A stretch of DNA of 64,000 nt, from positions 12,946-76,945 of the forward strand of contig CAZIUK010000003.1 of NCBI GenBank assembly GCA_964542785.1, written 5' to 3'. Under the pieces are notes generated by a model. It did no database searches and had not been told where the DNA came from. It saw nothing but the letters and a program-made list of their open reading frames with translations. The DNA is from an uncultured Planctomycetales bacterium (GTDB lineage Bacteria; Omnitrophota; Gorgyraeia; Gygaellales; Profunditerraquicolaceae). The position numbers were made by a program, and so were the translations under genes. Position 1 is the first letter of the stretch; each line of letters begins with the position of its first letter. This document shows, one piece after another, positions 9,349 through 19,403 of the stretch.

Positions 9349-11643
9349 ATGAAAAGATTAGAGAGTTTTTTAAGAATATTATTTATTTTCCCGCTGGCCT
9401 TGGCCCTTGTTAGTCTTTCTCAACCGGCGGTCAAAGTTTTAAAAGCCGGCGAAGAGCCTATTACAGCTTCCTCCGCAGAACTTATTAATAAGGCTTGGGC
9501 CGCGCATGGTAGGCGGAATATTGAGGCGACCTTTAAATACACCCAGCAGGTTATAGATCTTTATAAAGATAAGGCAGATAAAGACCAGGCGGGTTTAAGG
9601 TCGCTGCCTAAGAGCAAGGATGAGATAGAAGATGTAAGGGCTTTAAATGACGTAGCTACTGCTTATTTTATCCAGGCGGAGAGTTATCTGCGCCAAGATA
9701 AGCCTAAAGAGGCTAAGCAGTTGTTAGAATTGGTAGTTAGTAAGTATCCTTTTGCTCAAGCCTGGGACCAACGGGGATGGTTCTGGTCAATAAAAACAGC
9801 TGCGGAGCAAACGATTAAGAAGATAGAGACCGGTTCAATTGAGGTAGAAAAGAAAAAGAAGGTAAGCCAGTTAGTTACTGATATTAACCTTTATGATTCC
9901 GGGAAAGAGGATTTTTTAGATTATACCAAGTATGGGGAATTTAAGAATGTAGGGACAAAGGATTATAAGTATCATGTTACTGATCAGGCGGGTTTAATTG
10001 CCGCAGTAGGTGAAGGCATTTATCCTAACTCTACTTCTGTAAGGTGGGATCCTGCTTTTAAAAACGCATTAAAAGAAAAGAGACTTGAAGGGGAGCTTTG
10101 GGATTTTCTCCAATCCCCGGATTTAGAGGCTGCATTTTTTAAATGGGCCACAGCTTCAGAGCCGCAGGGGGTAAAATTATTCTATACGGCATTAATTTTA
10201 GAGAAGGCAGGTTTGATAAAACATGCGCTTAAATGTTATTATGCTATTGTTGTTCATTTTCCCGGGAGTTATGGGTGGACATACTTTAAGACCCCTTGGT
10301 ATGTAGGCCAAGCTGCTCTTTCTAAGATAAAATTTATTCTTAAGAATAATCCTCAGTTAGGGTATAAACTTGAGGGTGCAGATATAAAGATTGTTAATGG
10401 GTATGATAATAATGTTGCGAACGACATTGCAGTAGTAAGTCCGGGCAAGTTTGTTAAAGTCAAGAGAACTGAGGTATCTTCTAAAAATAGTATTAAGCCC
10501 TTGAAGATTAAAAGGCAGTCAGGGGCGGGCAAGGTTTATACAGTGCAGTATGAAAATGGAGACTGGCAACTTATGGTAGAAGGGAAACCTTATATAATAA
10601 AAGGGATTACCTATACTGCAACTAAGGTCGGGCAATCCCCAGATGAGGGGACATTGACCAGCTGGATGGAGGATGATTTTAATAACAATAAGAGGCCAGA
10701 CGGGCCGTACGATGCTTTTTTAGATACTAACCCTAATTTACCTATTGGGGATTTTAAATTAATGAAAGATATGGGGGTAAATACCATAAGGCTTTATCAT
10801 CATCCTGAGAAAGTAAATAAAGAGGTTTTAAGGGATATGTATAATACTTATGGTATCCGCGTAATTCTGGGGGATTTTTTAGGTAAATATGCTTTAGGCT
10901 CAGGTGCTGCGTGGGATCCGGGGACCGATTATAATAACGAGGAACATAAGAAGAATATGATTGAATCGGTTAAAAAGATGGTTTATGAACATAAGGATGA
11001 GCCGTATCTTTTATTTTGGGTTTTAGGAAATGAAAATGTCTACGGGTATGCGTGTAATGCTAATACTGATCCGGATGCTTTTTTTAAATTTGCCAATGAA
11101 GTGGCTAAGATCATTAAATCTATTGATTCTGACCATCCTGTGGCTATATGTAGTGGAGATATACTTTATCTAGATAGGTTTGGCAAGAGTTCTACGGATA
11201 TAGATATTTTTGGGGCTAATTCTTACCGCGGAGACTACGGCTTTGGCCGTTTCTGGAAGAGTGTTAAAGAGGAGGCAGGCATACCTGCCTTTATTACTGA
11301 GTATGGTTGTTCTGCATATGTAGAGGGGAAGTCTTTGCTTGAGGCAGAGGAGCTTCAGGCATCTTACCATAAAGGTTCTTGGGAAGATATAGCCTTTAAC
11401 ATGGCTTTTGGAGAAGGAGAAGGGAATGCTTTAGGCGGAGTAATATTTGAGTGGATGGATGAGTGGTGGAAGGGTTATGAGCCATTTATCCATGATACTA
11501 AAGGGCTTTGGGCAGGTCCATTCCCGGGAGGATATATGCTTGAAGAGTGGTTAGGCTTATGCGGGCAAGGGGATGGAAAAGAGAGCCCGTTTTTTAGGCA
11601 TCTGCGTAAAGCTTATTACACTTATCAAGAGATGTGGAGGTGA
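9349..11643 (+). CDS. Secreted clan GH-A (TIM-barrel) glycoside hydrolase-like protein with a ~400-aa N-terminal extension
   Basis: Signal peptide; candidate acid/base WVLGNEN; candidate nucleophile FITEYG; EWMDEWWKG motif shared with the paralog at 13022. Confidence 0.55.
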   Translation: MKRLESFLRILFIFPLALALVSLSQPAVKVLKAGEEPITASSAELINKAWAAHGRRNIEATFKYTQQVIDLYKDKADKDQAGLRSLPKSKDEIEDVRALNDVATAYFIQAESYLRQDKPKEAKQLLELVVSKYPFAQAWDQRGWFWSIKTAAEQTIKKIETGSIEVEKKKKVSQLVTDINLYDSGKEDFLDYTKYGEFKNVGTKDYKYHVTDQAGLIAAVGEGIYPNSTSVRWDPAFKNALKEKRLEGELWDFLQSPDLEAAFFKWATASEPQGVKLFYTALILEKAGLIKHALKCYYAIVVHFPGSYGWTYFKTPWYVGQAALSKIKFILKNNPQLGYKLEGADIKIVNGYDNNVANDIAVVSPGKFVKVKRTEVSSKNSIKPLKIKRQSGAGKVYTVQYENGDWQLMVEGKPYIIKGITYTATKVGQSPDEGTLTSWMEDDFNNNKRPDGPYDAFLDTNPNLPIGDFKLMKDMGVNTIRLYHHPEKVNKEVLRDMYNTYGIRVILGDFLGKYALGSGAAWDPGTDYNNEEHKKNMIESVKKMVYEHKDEPYLLFWVLGNENVYGYACNANTDPDAFFKFANEVAKIIKSIDSDHPVAICSGDILYLDRFGKSSTDIDIFGANSYRGDYGFGRFWKSVKEEAGIPAFITEYGCSAYVEGKSLLEAEELQASYHKGSWEDIAFNMAFGEGEGNALGGVIFEWMDEWWKGYEPFIHDTKGLWAGPFPGGYMLEEWLGLCGQGDGKESPFFRHLRKAYYTYQEMWR

Positions 11644-11751
11644 AATCGGAGGAGAAAGGAGTGGAGAATAAACAGGTATATAAAAATAAAAAATATAAAT
11701 AATGGAGTAAGATATATATTAAGTTAAAAAGAAGGAAAGGAAGGTGCGGCA

Positions 11752-12888
11752 ATGAAAAAAATATTGGTAGTCTTGTTAATGTTAGGCTTGATTTTGCCTA
11801 TGGCTCATTCAGTTCAGGCACAGCCTAAGGAGTTTGTGGTTTATTTTGATAAGAACGCCAAGAATAATCATTATATCCCTGCCGGTTGGATGGGGGATAC
11901 AGGGGATATTACCCTTGATGATAATTCAGCAGATAATCCGTATTCAGGGACGACTTCTATGAAATTTGTTTATAGCGCCAAGAAATCCCAAAAACAAGGA
12001 TGGGCTGGAGTATATTGGCAGAGCTCTCCTAATAACTGGGGGAATAAGAAGAGTGGATTTGATCTCTCCGGTATGACCAAACTTACCTTTTGGGCGCGTG
12101 GGGCAAAGGGAGGAGAAGTAATACATAAGTTTGTAGTCGGAGGTTTAAAGGGTATTTACCCGGATTCAGCAACTATTGAGATGGGCCCTGTAGAACTAAC
12201 TAATTCTTGGAAGCAATATACTATTAACCTTGCCGGGAAAGACCTTACTTATATAAATGGCGGTTTTTCTTGGGTGACGAATGCGGATTTAAACCCCGAT
12301 GGTGCAACCTTCTACATTGACGATATTAAATTTGAAGCAGATTCTTCTATGAAACCGGAAGGAAAAAAAGAAGAAGCTATGCCTTTTTATGTTTTTTCTG
12401 ACAGGTCTTCTATGAACAATCATTTTATCCCTTCGGGTTGGATGGGTGATTTTGGCGATTTAAAGTATGATATATCTAAAGAAGATCCGTATTTAGGAGA
12501 TACCTGCATTAAATTATCTTATAGTGCTAAAAAGGCGCAGGGTGCTGGTTGGGCAGGTATATACTGGCAAAACCCGGCTCATAATTGGGGGACAGTTGAC
12601 GCAGGATACGATTTGTCTAAAGCTAAAAGCCTTACATTTTGGGCTAAAGGGGCTGAAGGAGAAGAGCGTATTGAGGAGTTTAAAGTCGGAGGAGTAATGG
12701 GAGAGTTCTCTGATTCTGATTCGGCAGTAATTGGCCCGGTTATTTTAAATAAGGAATGGACAAAATATACCATTGACTTAAAAGGCAAGGATATGTCCTA
12801 TATTATCAGCGGATTCTGCTTATCTGCTAACGCAGATAATAATCCTGAAGGCGCTGAGTTTTATTTGGATGAGATTAAATTCGAATAA
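11752..12888 (+). CDS. Secreted protein with two tandem ~180-aa homologous domains (putative carbohydrate-binding modules)
   Basis: Signal peptide; internal duplication (YIPAGWMGDTGD...GWAGVYWQ...NWG and FIPSGWMGDFGD...GWAGIYWQ...NWG), each half ending in DDIKFE / DEIKFE. Confidence 0.5.
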   Translation: MKKILVVLLMLGLILPMAHSVQAQPKEFVVYFDKNAKNNHYIPAGWMGDTGDITLDDNSADNPYSGTTSMKFVYSAKKSQKQGWAGVYWQSSPNNWGNKKSGFDLSGMTKLTFWARGAKGGEVIHKFVVGGLKGIYPDSATIEMGPVELTNSWKQYTINLAGKDLTYINGGFSWVTNADLNPDGATFYIDDIKFEADSSMKPEGKKEEAMPFYVFSDRSSMNNHFIPSGWMGDFGDLKYDISKEDPYLGDTCIKLSYSAKKAQGAGWAGIYWQNPAHNWGTVDAGYDLSKAKSLTFWAKGAEGEERIEEFKVGGVMGEFSDSDSAVIGPVILNKEWTKYTIDLKGKDMSYIISGFCLSANADNNPEGAEFYLDEIKFE

Positions 12889-12898
12889 AAAAATCAGG

Positions 12899-12965
12899 GA
12901 CGGCTCTTGTGCCGTTTTAAAAGTGTCCCCTTTTTGTCTTTGGGGACACTTCTGCTTTATTTTTA
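12899..12965 (+). terminator. Two tandem rho-independent terminator hairpins
   Basis: ACGGC-tcttgt-GCCGTTTT, then GTGTCCCC-tttttgtcttt-GGGGACAC followed by TTCTGCTTTATTTTT. Confidence 0.6.
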
Positions 12966-13021
12966 GAGCCATCCCTATTTTTATTTTAGTTATTTTTAAT
13001 TTAGGCGCGGCTGTAAGGCCT

Positions 13022-14188
13022 ATGCCAAAAGCCTTTGTTAAAAAGTTAAAGAACAGCCATTACCAGCTCATCGTGGAAGGCAAGCCCTATGTTATAAAAG
13101 GTGTTTGTTATAATCCTATACCTATAGGCCAAAACCATGAATATAATTGGTGGGGTGATCCTAATAAGCCTTGGGAGATAGACGGCGAGCTTATGCAGAA
13201 GATGGGGGTTAATGCTATAAGGGTATATCAGGTGCAGGGCGAACCGGAAGAGGTAAAAAGAGTTATAAGGTATTTATATGAGAAGCACGGCATACGCACT
13301 ATATTAGGAGATTGGCTCGGTTTTTGGGAGTTTCCCTGTCCTTTTTATGGAGATAAAAGGTTTCAGAAGAAGATAAAAGAAGAGGTTTTAAATATGGTCA
13401 AAGAGTATAAGGACGAGCCCGGGGTCCTAATGTGGGTTTTAGGGAATGAGAATAATTATTCTTGTTTAGGGCATGTTAATCCTTGGGGTAATGAGGACAT
13501 TGACAAAGAGACCGACCCTCAGAAACAAAAGGCGATGCGCGCTAAGGTTTATTATTCTTTTGTAAATGAGATAGCGTTAGAGATAAAAAAGATTGATAAA
13601 GACCATCCGGTGGCGTTAGGGAACGGAGAGCTTGTGGGGTTAGAGTTTGCCAAAGAATATGCCCCGGATATAGACATAGTTGCTTGTATAATTTATCGCG
13701 GAAAAACCTTCGGCAACCTTTTTAACTCGCTTCGGCTTACCTTTGATAAGCCTATATTTTTATCTGAGTTCGGCGCGGATGCGTATGATGCGTATTTAAA
13801 AAAAGAAGACCAGAATATGCAGGCTTTTTTCTTAGAATCGCAGTGGCGGCAGGTTTATCAAAACTTAGCCGGCAATATAGATGGCGCGGGAAACTGCCTT
13901 GGTGGAGCAATGTTTGAATGGACGGATGAATGGTGGAAGCATGATGAACATAATCCGGATAGTTGGAGCGTGCATGATACCGGTTCAAATTGGTCTAATA
14001 GCAGTTATTATTTTGATATCAAGGCTGAAGGGAATAAGAATATGAATGAGGAGTGGTTCGGCTTGGTAGAGCTTTTAAAAGAAGAAGAGTGCGGGATAAA
14101 TAAAAGGCTGCCAAGGAAAGCGTATTATGTTGTAAGGGAATTTTGGAATGAGCCGGGCTTAAATAAAAATAAAAGGAATAAAAAATGA
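13022..14188 (+). CDS. Cytoplasmic clan GH-A glycoside hydrolase-like protein, paralog of the 9349 gene
   Basis: WVLGNENNYS and FLSEFGADAYD motifs; EWTDEWWKH. The ORF-track start at 12869 reads through the upstream terminator. Met52 (MPKAFVKK) aligns with the paralog core. Confidence 0.55.
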   Translation: MPKAFVKKLKNSHYQLIVEGKPYVIKGVCYNPIPIGQNHEYNWWGDPNKPWEIDGELMQKMGVNAIRVYQVQGEPEEVKRVIRYLYEKHGIRTILGDWLGFWEFPCPFYGDKRFQKKIKEEVLNMVKEYKDEPGVLMWVLGNENNYSCLGHVNPWGNEDIDKETDPQKQKAMRAKVYYSFVNEIALEIKKIDKDHPVALGNGELVGLEFAKEYAPDIDIVACIIYRGKTFGNLFNSLRLTFDKPIFLSEFGADAYDAYLKKEDQNMQAFFLESQWRQVYQNLAGNIDGAGNCLGGAMFEWTDEWWKHDEHNPDSWSVHDTGSNWSNSSYYFDIKAEGNKNMNEEWFGLVELLKEEECGINKRLPRKAYYVVREFWNEPGLNKNKRNKK

Positions 14189-15780
14189 AAAAAATAACCT
14201 TATTTATTATACTTCTATTTTTTATTTTTTTTCCAAAGGTAAAAATTTTTGCCTTTGACTTAGATGAGTTAAAAAAATGCGCCTGCGAAGGAGTTTTGGA
14301 TAATAATCTTGTTAGAGGATGCCTTAATGAGGCTAAGAGCGGGTATCTAAAAGAGAATAGGTATTCGGAGTTTGTGGAGCTTCTAAAAAGCTTGTGCCCA
14401 AACAAAGAAGCAAATAGATTGTTAAATTACAATATAGCATTAGCGCGTTATGAGCAGTTAAAGTATTTAGAGGAGTCTAAGGGGTGGGATGAGTATTTTG
14501 CCATGGGGAATAATTACCGAAATGATATAGCAAGAGAAGCCGGTTTAGTTATTATCTCTTTACCTGAGGATAGCCGGGAGTCTCTTGAGGCGAGGCTCCT
14601 TCTTTATAGGTTCCATAAAGACCAGCAGGATTCTTTTGTTGAGGATGCGCTCTTAGACTTAATGGCCTCTGCACAAGGGTATGCAAAATTTGGCGATGAC
14701 CCAAGCCTTTTAAAAGAGGTTGCGGATACCCTTTTTTCTTACCAAGAGAGCTTCAGGTCTAAAGAGGCGTATAGGTTGTATGTTGCTTTACTTACAAGGT
14801 TAGATATAAAAGATGAAGAATTAAAAAAATTAGCGGTTCAATTTTATCAAGAAGGGAACTTAGAGTTAGCAGAGAATATTTATGATACCTATATGACAAG
14901 AATTAATGACTCTTTTCTGCAAGAGGATATTTTAAAAGAATTAAAGGAAGTAGCGAGGTTATTTTCTTATAAAGACTCAGGGCATTATGATTTAGATTAT
15001 GCTGAAAGTATTTTTCAGAAGATAGAGGACATAGACGGTATAGATGCTTTTGACGAAGATTTAATTTATATGCGTGGGTTTAACTTGGAGAAGAATAAAT
15101 CTTTTGAAAAGACAAAGAATATTTATTTAATGCTTTTAAAGGATTATCCTGAAAGCCGTTATGCTCAAGAGGTTATTTTTAAACTCGGCGTTATCTTTAC
15201 CTATGCCTTGAGGGACCCTAAAGAAGGGGAAGGGTATTTTAAGCTCCTTGCCGATAAGCAGGATTTAACTTCTTATTCTTTAAGTAGTTTATACCAGTTA
15301 GGATTAATAAAGCAGTGGGAGGCGGATACCGCTGCCGCTAAAAATTATTACAATAAATTAATTAGCAATTCTCAAATAAGTGAAGAAACGAACCTCGTTT
15401 TGGCGGCTAAGAAGAGATTAAAAGAGGTAGAGGATAAAGAGCCTATGGAGCATAACCTTAGATTTTTTATGGATGCTTCTCTTGGAAAAGAGTTTTCGGG
15501 TTTAGGCATGAGTAAGGTTGGTTTAAGGCCGAATATTTATATGCCTAAATTAACTGAAGACATAAATATAAGTTCTTACGTTTATCTTGCTGCAAGCGGT
15601 TGTTTTAATGTTGAGGTACAGTATCTCTGGTCAGGGGATTTAGGAGGGGCTGAACCCGGGGTAAAGGATCCCGGGTTTAACCTATCCTATAAAAATCCTG
15701 GGACAAAGATAGTAGGTCTGGTTTTAATCTCGCCAACAGGCATAACAGATTATGCCTTTGACTTTGTAGATGTCAGGTAA
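14185..15780 (+). CDS. Secreted helical-repeat (TPR-like) protein, unknown function
   Basis: Signal peptide; alpha-helical repeat composition; no catalytic motif recognised. Confidence 0.4.
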   Translation: MKKITLFIILLFFIFFPKVKIFAFDLDELKKCACEGVLDNNLVRGCLNEAKSGYLKENRYSEFVELLKSLCPNKEANRLLNYNIALARYEQLKYLEESKGWDEYFAMGNNYRNDIAREAGLVIISLPEDSRESLEARLLLYRFHKDQQDSFVEDALLDLMASAQGYAKFGDDPSLLKEVADTLFSYQESFRSKEAYRLYVALLTRLDIKDEELKKLAVQFYQEGNLELAENIYDTYMTRINDSFLQEDILKELKEVARLFSYKDSGHYDLDYAESIFQKIEDIDGIDAFDEDLIYMRGFNLEKNKSFEKTKNIYLMLLKDYPESRYAQEVIFKLGVIFTYALRDPKEGEGYFKLLADKQDLTSYSLSSLYQLGLIKQWEADTAAAKNYYNKLISNSQISEETNLVLAAKKRLKEVEDKEPMEHNLRFFMDASLGKEFSGLGMSKVGLRPNIYMPKLTEDINISSYVYLAASGCFNVEVQYLWSGDLGGAEPGVKDPGFNLSYKNPGTKIVGLVLISPTGITDYAFDFVDVR

Positions 15781-15821
15781 TCCTTACAACCTGGGCATTT
15801 CTCATTAATTCTTAATAATAC

Positions 15822-15850
15822 TTGACTTATGTTTTATTTAGTAGTATAAA
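15822..15850 (+). promoter_or_regulatory. Sigma70-like promoter TTGACT, 17-bp spacer, TATAAA, upstream of the ROK regulator
   Basis: Read directly from the sequence. Confidence 0.35.
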
Positions 15851-15892
15851 TAATTCAGTATATTTTGCCACGGAGATAAAGGAAATGTTTTT

Positions 15893-17059
15893 ATGCGCAA
15901 TTTTGATTTCGATAAAGAGGTCTCTAGCGAAAAAGGAAAACGCAATATTGAAATTTTAGATATTTTAAGAAAACGCGGTCCGCTAAGTAGGCCGGAGATC
16001 TCTAAGGATATGGGTATCAATGTCGTTACCATATCTAATTATATAAATGATTTTATAAAAAACAATTTGGTCTTTGAAAAAGAGCTTGATATCTCTGAAG
16101 GGGGCAGAAGGCCTTTGCTTTTAGATTTAAACCCGCAAGCCGGATTTGTTATCGGCGTGGGTTTAAATCTTACCAATATGGTCGGAGTATTAGTGGACCT
16201 TAAGGGGAATATAATTACTAAGACTCAAACCGCAAGACCAAAAGTTTTGGCTAAAGAGATATCTGAGTGTGCTCTGGAGATTATACGTGAAATACTGAGG
16301 CGCTCTAAAGAATATTCTTCCGAGATTAAAGGGATTGGCATTGGGGTTGCAGGGTTAGTTAATAAAGATACCGGCTTAATACACTGGCCCCAAAAGGCGG
16401 ATCGCTATTATACCTATCTTTCTTTAGACCTGCCTCTTAAAGAACTTATAGAAAAAGAATTCGGGTTTCCTTGTCTAATTGAAAATGATGCTACCAGCGC
16501 ATGTTTTGGGGAGCAGTGGTTTGGCGCTGGGCAGGGGTATAAGAATATTATATATATGTTCTCCGGAGTTGGTTGTGGCATAATGATAAATGGAGATGTT
16601 TACCGTGGGGCAAAAGGGTATGCAGGAGAGTTAGCTATTTATAGCCATAAAGAAGAGGATATCTTTAACTGTGATTTAGGCCCTGAATGTTTTGTTAAGC
16701 CTTGGGAGACAGATCTTAAGATGCTTAAAGATACGGGGAAACCAGATTTAAGGACTCTATTTAATCTTATTTGGCAAGGTGATGAGCAGGCTTCAAAAGC
16801 TATTATAAGAGCGGCAAAGAGGTTAGGGGTTAAAATAGCTTTTTTAGTGAATCTTCTTAACCCTGAGATGGTTGTTATTGGGGGAGGGCTAGAAGATGCA
16901 GGAGATAGTTTTTTAAAAGAGGTAAATAGTACTGTAAATGATTGGGCTTTTAGCGAATCTACCAAAGGCTTAAGAATAGTTTTTTCTCAATTGCGGGAAA
17001 ACTCAGTTGCCTTAGGAGCAGCCAGTATAGTAATACAAAGGGTTTTTGCGCAAGCATAA
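15893..17059 (+). CDS. ROK-family transcriptional regulator / sugar kinase (NagC/XylR-like)
   Basis: N-terminal winged HTH; ROK motifs GIGVAGLVN and ENDATSACFGEQWFGAG. Confidence 0.8.
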   Translation: MRNFDFDKEVSSEKGKRNIEILDILRKRGPLSRPEISKDMGINVVTISNYINDFIKNNLVFEKELDISEGGRRPLLLDLNPQAGFVIGVGLNLTNMVGVLVDLKGNIITKTQTARPKVLAKEISECALEIIREILRRSKEYSSEIKGIGIGVAGLVNKDTGLIHWPQKADRYYTYLSLDLPLKELIEKEFGFPCLIENDATSACFGEQWFGAGQGYKNIIYMFSGVGCGIMINGDVYRGAKGYAGELAIYSHKEEDIFNCDLGPECFVKPWETDLKMLKDTGKPDLRTLFNLIWQGDEQASKAIIRAAKRLGVKIAFLVNLLNPEMVVIGGGLEDAGDSFLKEVNSTVNDWAFSESTKGLRIVFSQLRENSVALGAASIVIQRVFAQA

Positions 17060-17073
17060 ATTAAGGAGGATAG

Positions 17074-18228
17074 ATGGAGCAGAAGGAAAAGTTTATTATT
17101 GTAGGCCTCATTGGGGTTGCGGTTGTCTGCGCTTTTCTTTTAATTCAGTCAGCTGGCGATAGACAGCAGTTGACGCACGAACGAGACGAGCTAAAGAAGG
17201 AGAATGTAAGTTTAACTTTAAAGATAGACAGGTTTACTGCTGATTTGCGCGCCTATCAGGATAAGATAAATTCTTTAAATGCTGATTTAGATAAGGCTTA
17301 TCAGGATAAGGCGGAGTTTGAAAAAAAATATATATTAGTAAATAAAGCTCGGGAAGAGTTGGTAGAAAAATTAAAATCTCAAGCGCGCCCTGCTTTGGCA
17401 GTCCAAGAGACTCAACAGTCTTCTGCCCCACAGGCAAATGATGTTTATTGGGCAGATATACTAAAAACAAAGACTGACCTTGAGCTTCAGCTGAATAATT
17501 TAAGAGGAGAGCTTAAAAAGTTGCAGATAGATAATGAGCAGTTGCAAAGAGAAAAGGGTTCTTTTGAGTTAGAGCTAAATAATTTAAAGCGGGAGAAGGA
17601 CGATTTAAGCAGGCAGTTAGACTATAATAAAAAATTATTGGATAGTTTGGCGCAGGAGTTAGTAAGGGAAAAGAACGATAAAACTCAAATTCAGGATAGC
17701 TATAAACTTATACGTAATGAGAACTCTGTTTTAACCAGGCAGATAAATAGGCTTAACTTGCGCAAGGTAGATTTGGAGAGAAAGCTTCAAGAGGCAAATG
17801 AAGAAAGATCTAACCTTGAGCATAGGGCCCAAGAGATGGAGGTTATGCTTACCGAAAGGTTAAATCAGATTAATAACCTTAAAGAGAGGATAGAGAGTGT
17901 AAGGTCAGGCGAACCTCTTAAGGGGCAGAAGCAGGAATCGGTAAATTTGCCTGCTATAGTAGTAAAACCTAAAGATCCGGCTTACTACCATCAGGATGAT
18001 ACAGGCTCTAGCCTTATAGGAAAAATTATGGCGGTGAATAAGGAGAATAATTTTGTAATTATTGATTTAGGGGAAGAGGCAGGCGTGAAGGTAGGTGATA
18101 CGCTTAGGGTTTATAGGAATGATAAGCCTATTGCGAATATTGAGGTTACGCAGGTACGACGGAACATCTCTGCCTGTGATATAAAGCAGCAAGGTTCTAC
18201 AATAAAAATCGGCGATACAGTAAGGTAA
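17074..18228 (+). CDS. Membrane-anchored coiled-coil protein with a C-terminal beta-rich domain
   Basis: N-terminal TM helix; ~250 aa of heptad-like Leu/Glu/Lys repeats; no known motif. Confidence 0.35.
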   Translation: MEQKEKFIIVGLIGVAVVCAFLLIQSAGDRQQLTHERDELKKENVSLTLKIDRFTADLRAYQDKINSLNADLDKAYQDKAEFEKKYILVNKAREELVEKLKSQARPALAVQETQQSSAPQANDVYWADILKTKTDLELQLNNLRGELKKLQIDNEQLQREKGSFELELNNLKREKDDLSRQLDYNKKLLDSLAQELVREKNDKTQIQDSYKLIRNENSVLTRQINRLNLRKVDLERKLQEANEERSNLEHRAQEMEVMLTERLNQINNLKERIESVRSGEPLKGQKQESVNLPAIVVKPKDPAYYHQDDTGSSLIGKIMAVNKENNFVIIDLGEEAGVKVGDTLRVYRNDKPIANIEVTQVRRNISACDIKQQGSTIKIGDTVR

Positions 18229-18235
18229 TTATTAA

Positions 18236-19261
18236 ATGGCACGCATTAAGAAGAATCCCACCGGAAGTATCTCTATAGAGGATGTTGCTAAAAGAGCAGG
18301 GGTTTCTATCACTACCGTCTCTAGAGTTATTAATAAGGTTGGGACGGTAAAGGAGAAAAACCGGCTTAAGGTTTTAAGCGCTATAAAAGAGTTAAAATTC
18401 CAACCTTCGGTTTTTGCCCAAAGGCTTGCTACGGGAAAAAGCAATGTGGTTGCTTTAATTATCCCTCGCTACGAAGGGGTATTTTATTCTTTTTATGCAT
18501 TAGAGTTAATTCGCGCTACGGGAAACCTCTGCGAAGTTTTTAATCTAGACCTTTTGCTTCATCTAACTGATAGCCATAAGAGAGCCCCGCTTAATTTAAA
18601 GGGCGTGGGGGGGGTTATGTTTTCGGATATTATCGGTACCCGTTTTCAGGTAGAAGAAGCAATAACTTCAGGCACACCAGCAGTTGTAATAAATAATTAT
18701 GTTAAAGACCTGCCGGTAAGTTGTGTGGCTATTGATAATGTAGGCGGCGCAGAAAACGCAGTTAATTATTTGGTAAGCCTAGGGCATAAAAAAATAGCGC
18801 ATATTACAGGAGACATAACAACGCAGGCAGCAGCCTTAAGGCTTGAGGGGTATATTCAGGCATTAAAAAAGAATAATATCCCGGTAAGAGAAGAGTATAT
18901 ATTAAAAACAGATTATTCTAGGGGGCAGGCTAGGTCTGCAGCAGAGACTTTATTTAAGCTTTCTAATATCCCTACGGCAGTTTTTGTGGCTTCAGATTCA
19001 ATGGCACTTGAGGTTATGACTTTAGCGCGCGAGATGGGCAAGAGTATCCCTACGGATTTATCTATTGTAGGATTTGATGATAACCCCTCAGGGCTTTACG
19101 GGCCCGTGGCATTGACTACAGTTAGACAGCCTTTAATTAAGATGGCGGAAGAGGGGGTAAAGGAATTAAATAGGTTGATGACCTTAAAAAAAGGAAGCCA
19201 AGTAAAAAAAGTTATTTTACCGACGGAACTAATCGTAAGGGAATCCTGCCGAAGCCTTTAA
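18236..19261 (+). CDS. LacI-family transcriptional regulator
   Basis: N-terminal HTH ISIEDVAKRAGVSITTVSRVINK; periplasmic-binding-protein-like effector domain. Confidence 0.85.
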   Translation: MARIKKNPTGSISIEDVAKRAGVSITTVSRVINKVGTVKEKNRLKVLSAIKELKFQPSVFAQRLATGKSNVVALIIPRYEGVFYSFYALELIRATGNLCEVFNLDLLLHLTDSHKRAPLNLKGVGGVMFSDIIGTRFQVEEAITSGTPAVVINNYVKDLPVSCVAIDNVGGAENAVNYLVSLGHKKIAHITGDITTQAAALRLEGYIQALKKNNIPVREEYILKTDYSRGQARSAAETLFKLSNIPTAVFVASDSMALEVMTLAREMGKSIPTDLSIVGFDDNPSGLYGPVALTTVRQPLIKMAEEGVKELNRLMTLKKGSQVKKVILPTELIVRESCRSL

Positions 19262-19269
19262 TTTTTTTA

Positions 19270-19317
19270 ATACAATCAGTTGTATATCTATCGTTCTTAA
19301 AGCACAATATATTGTAA
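19270..19317 (+). promoter_or_regulatory. Two NrdR-box-like palindromes (ATACAATCAGTTGTAT and gcACAATATATTGTaa) with centres 32 bp apart
   Basis: Inverted repeats read directly. Box 2 fits the NrdR consensus acaCwAtATaTwGtgt. The 32-bp spacing and position upstream of the RNR promoter are typical for NrdR. Confidence 0.5.
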
Positions 19318-19324
19318 TTTTTTA

Positions 19325-19353
19325 TTGACAAGTAAATGTCTCTTGTGTTATTA
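19325..19353 (+). promoter_or_regulatory. Sigma70-like promoter TTGACA, ~18-bp spacer, TATTAT for the RNR gene
   Basis: Read directly; AGGAG ribosome-binding site before the ATG at 19404. Confidence 0.35.
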
Positions 19354-19403
19354 TTGTCTATAAAAATAAAATGTCTTTTTAATTTTTCTAATAGGAGATT
19401 GTT

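Noticed and set aside
12869-13021. ORF-track start at 12869 for the second hydrolase, and at 32572 for the second secretin
   Set aside because: The extensions read through a terminator hairpin (12899-12965) or a REP element and have no signal or motif content. Internal Met codons give conventional N-termini.
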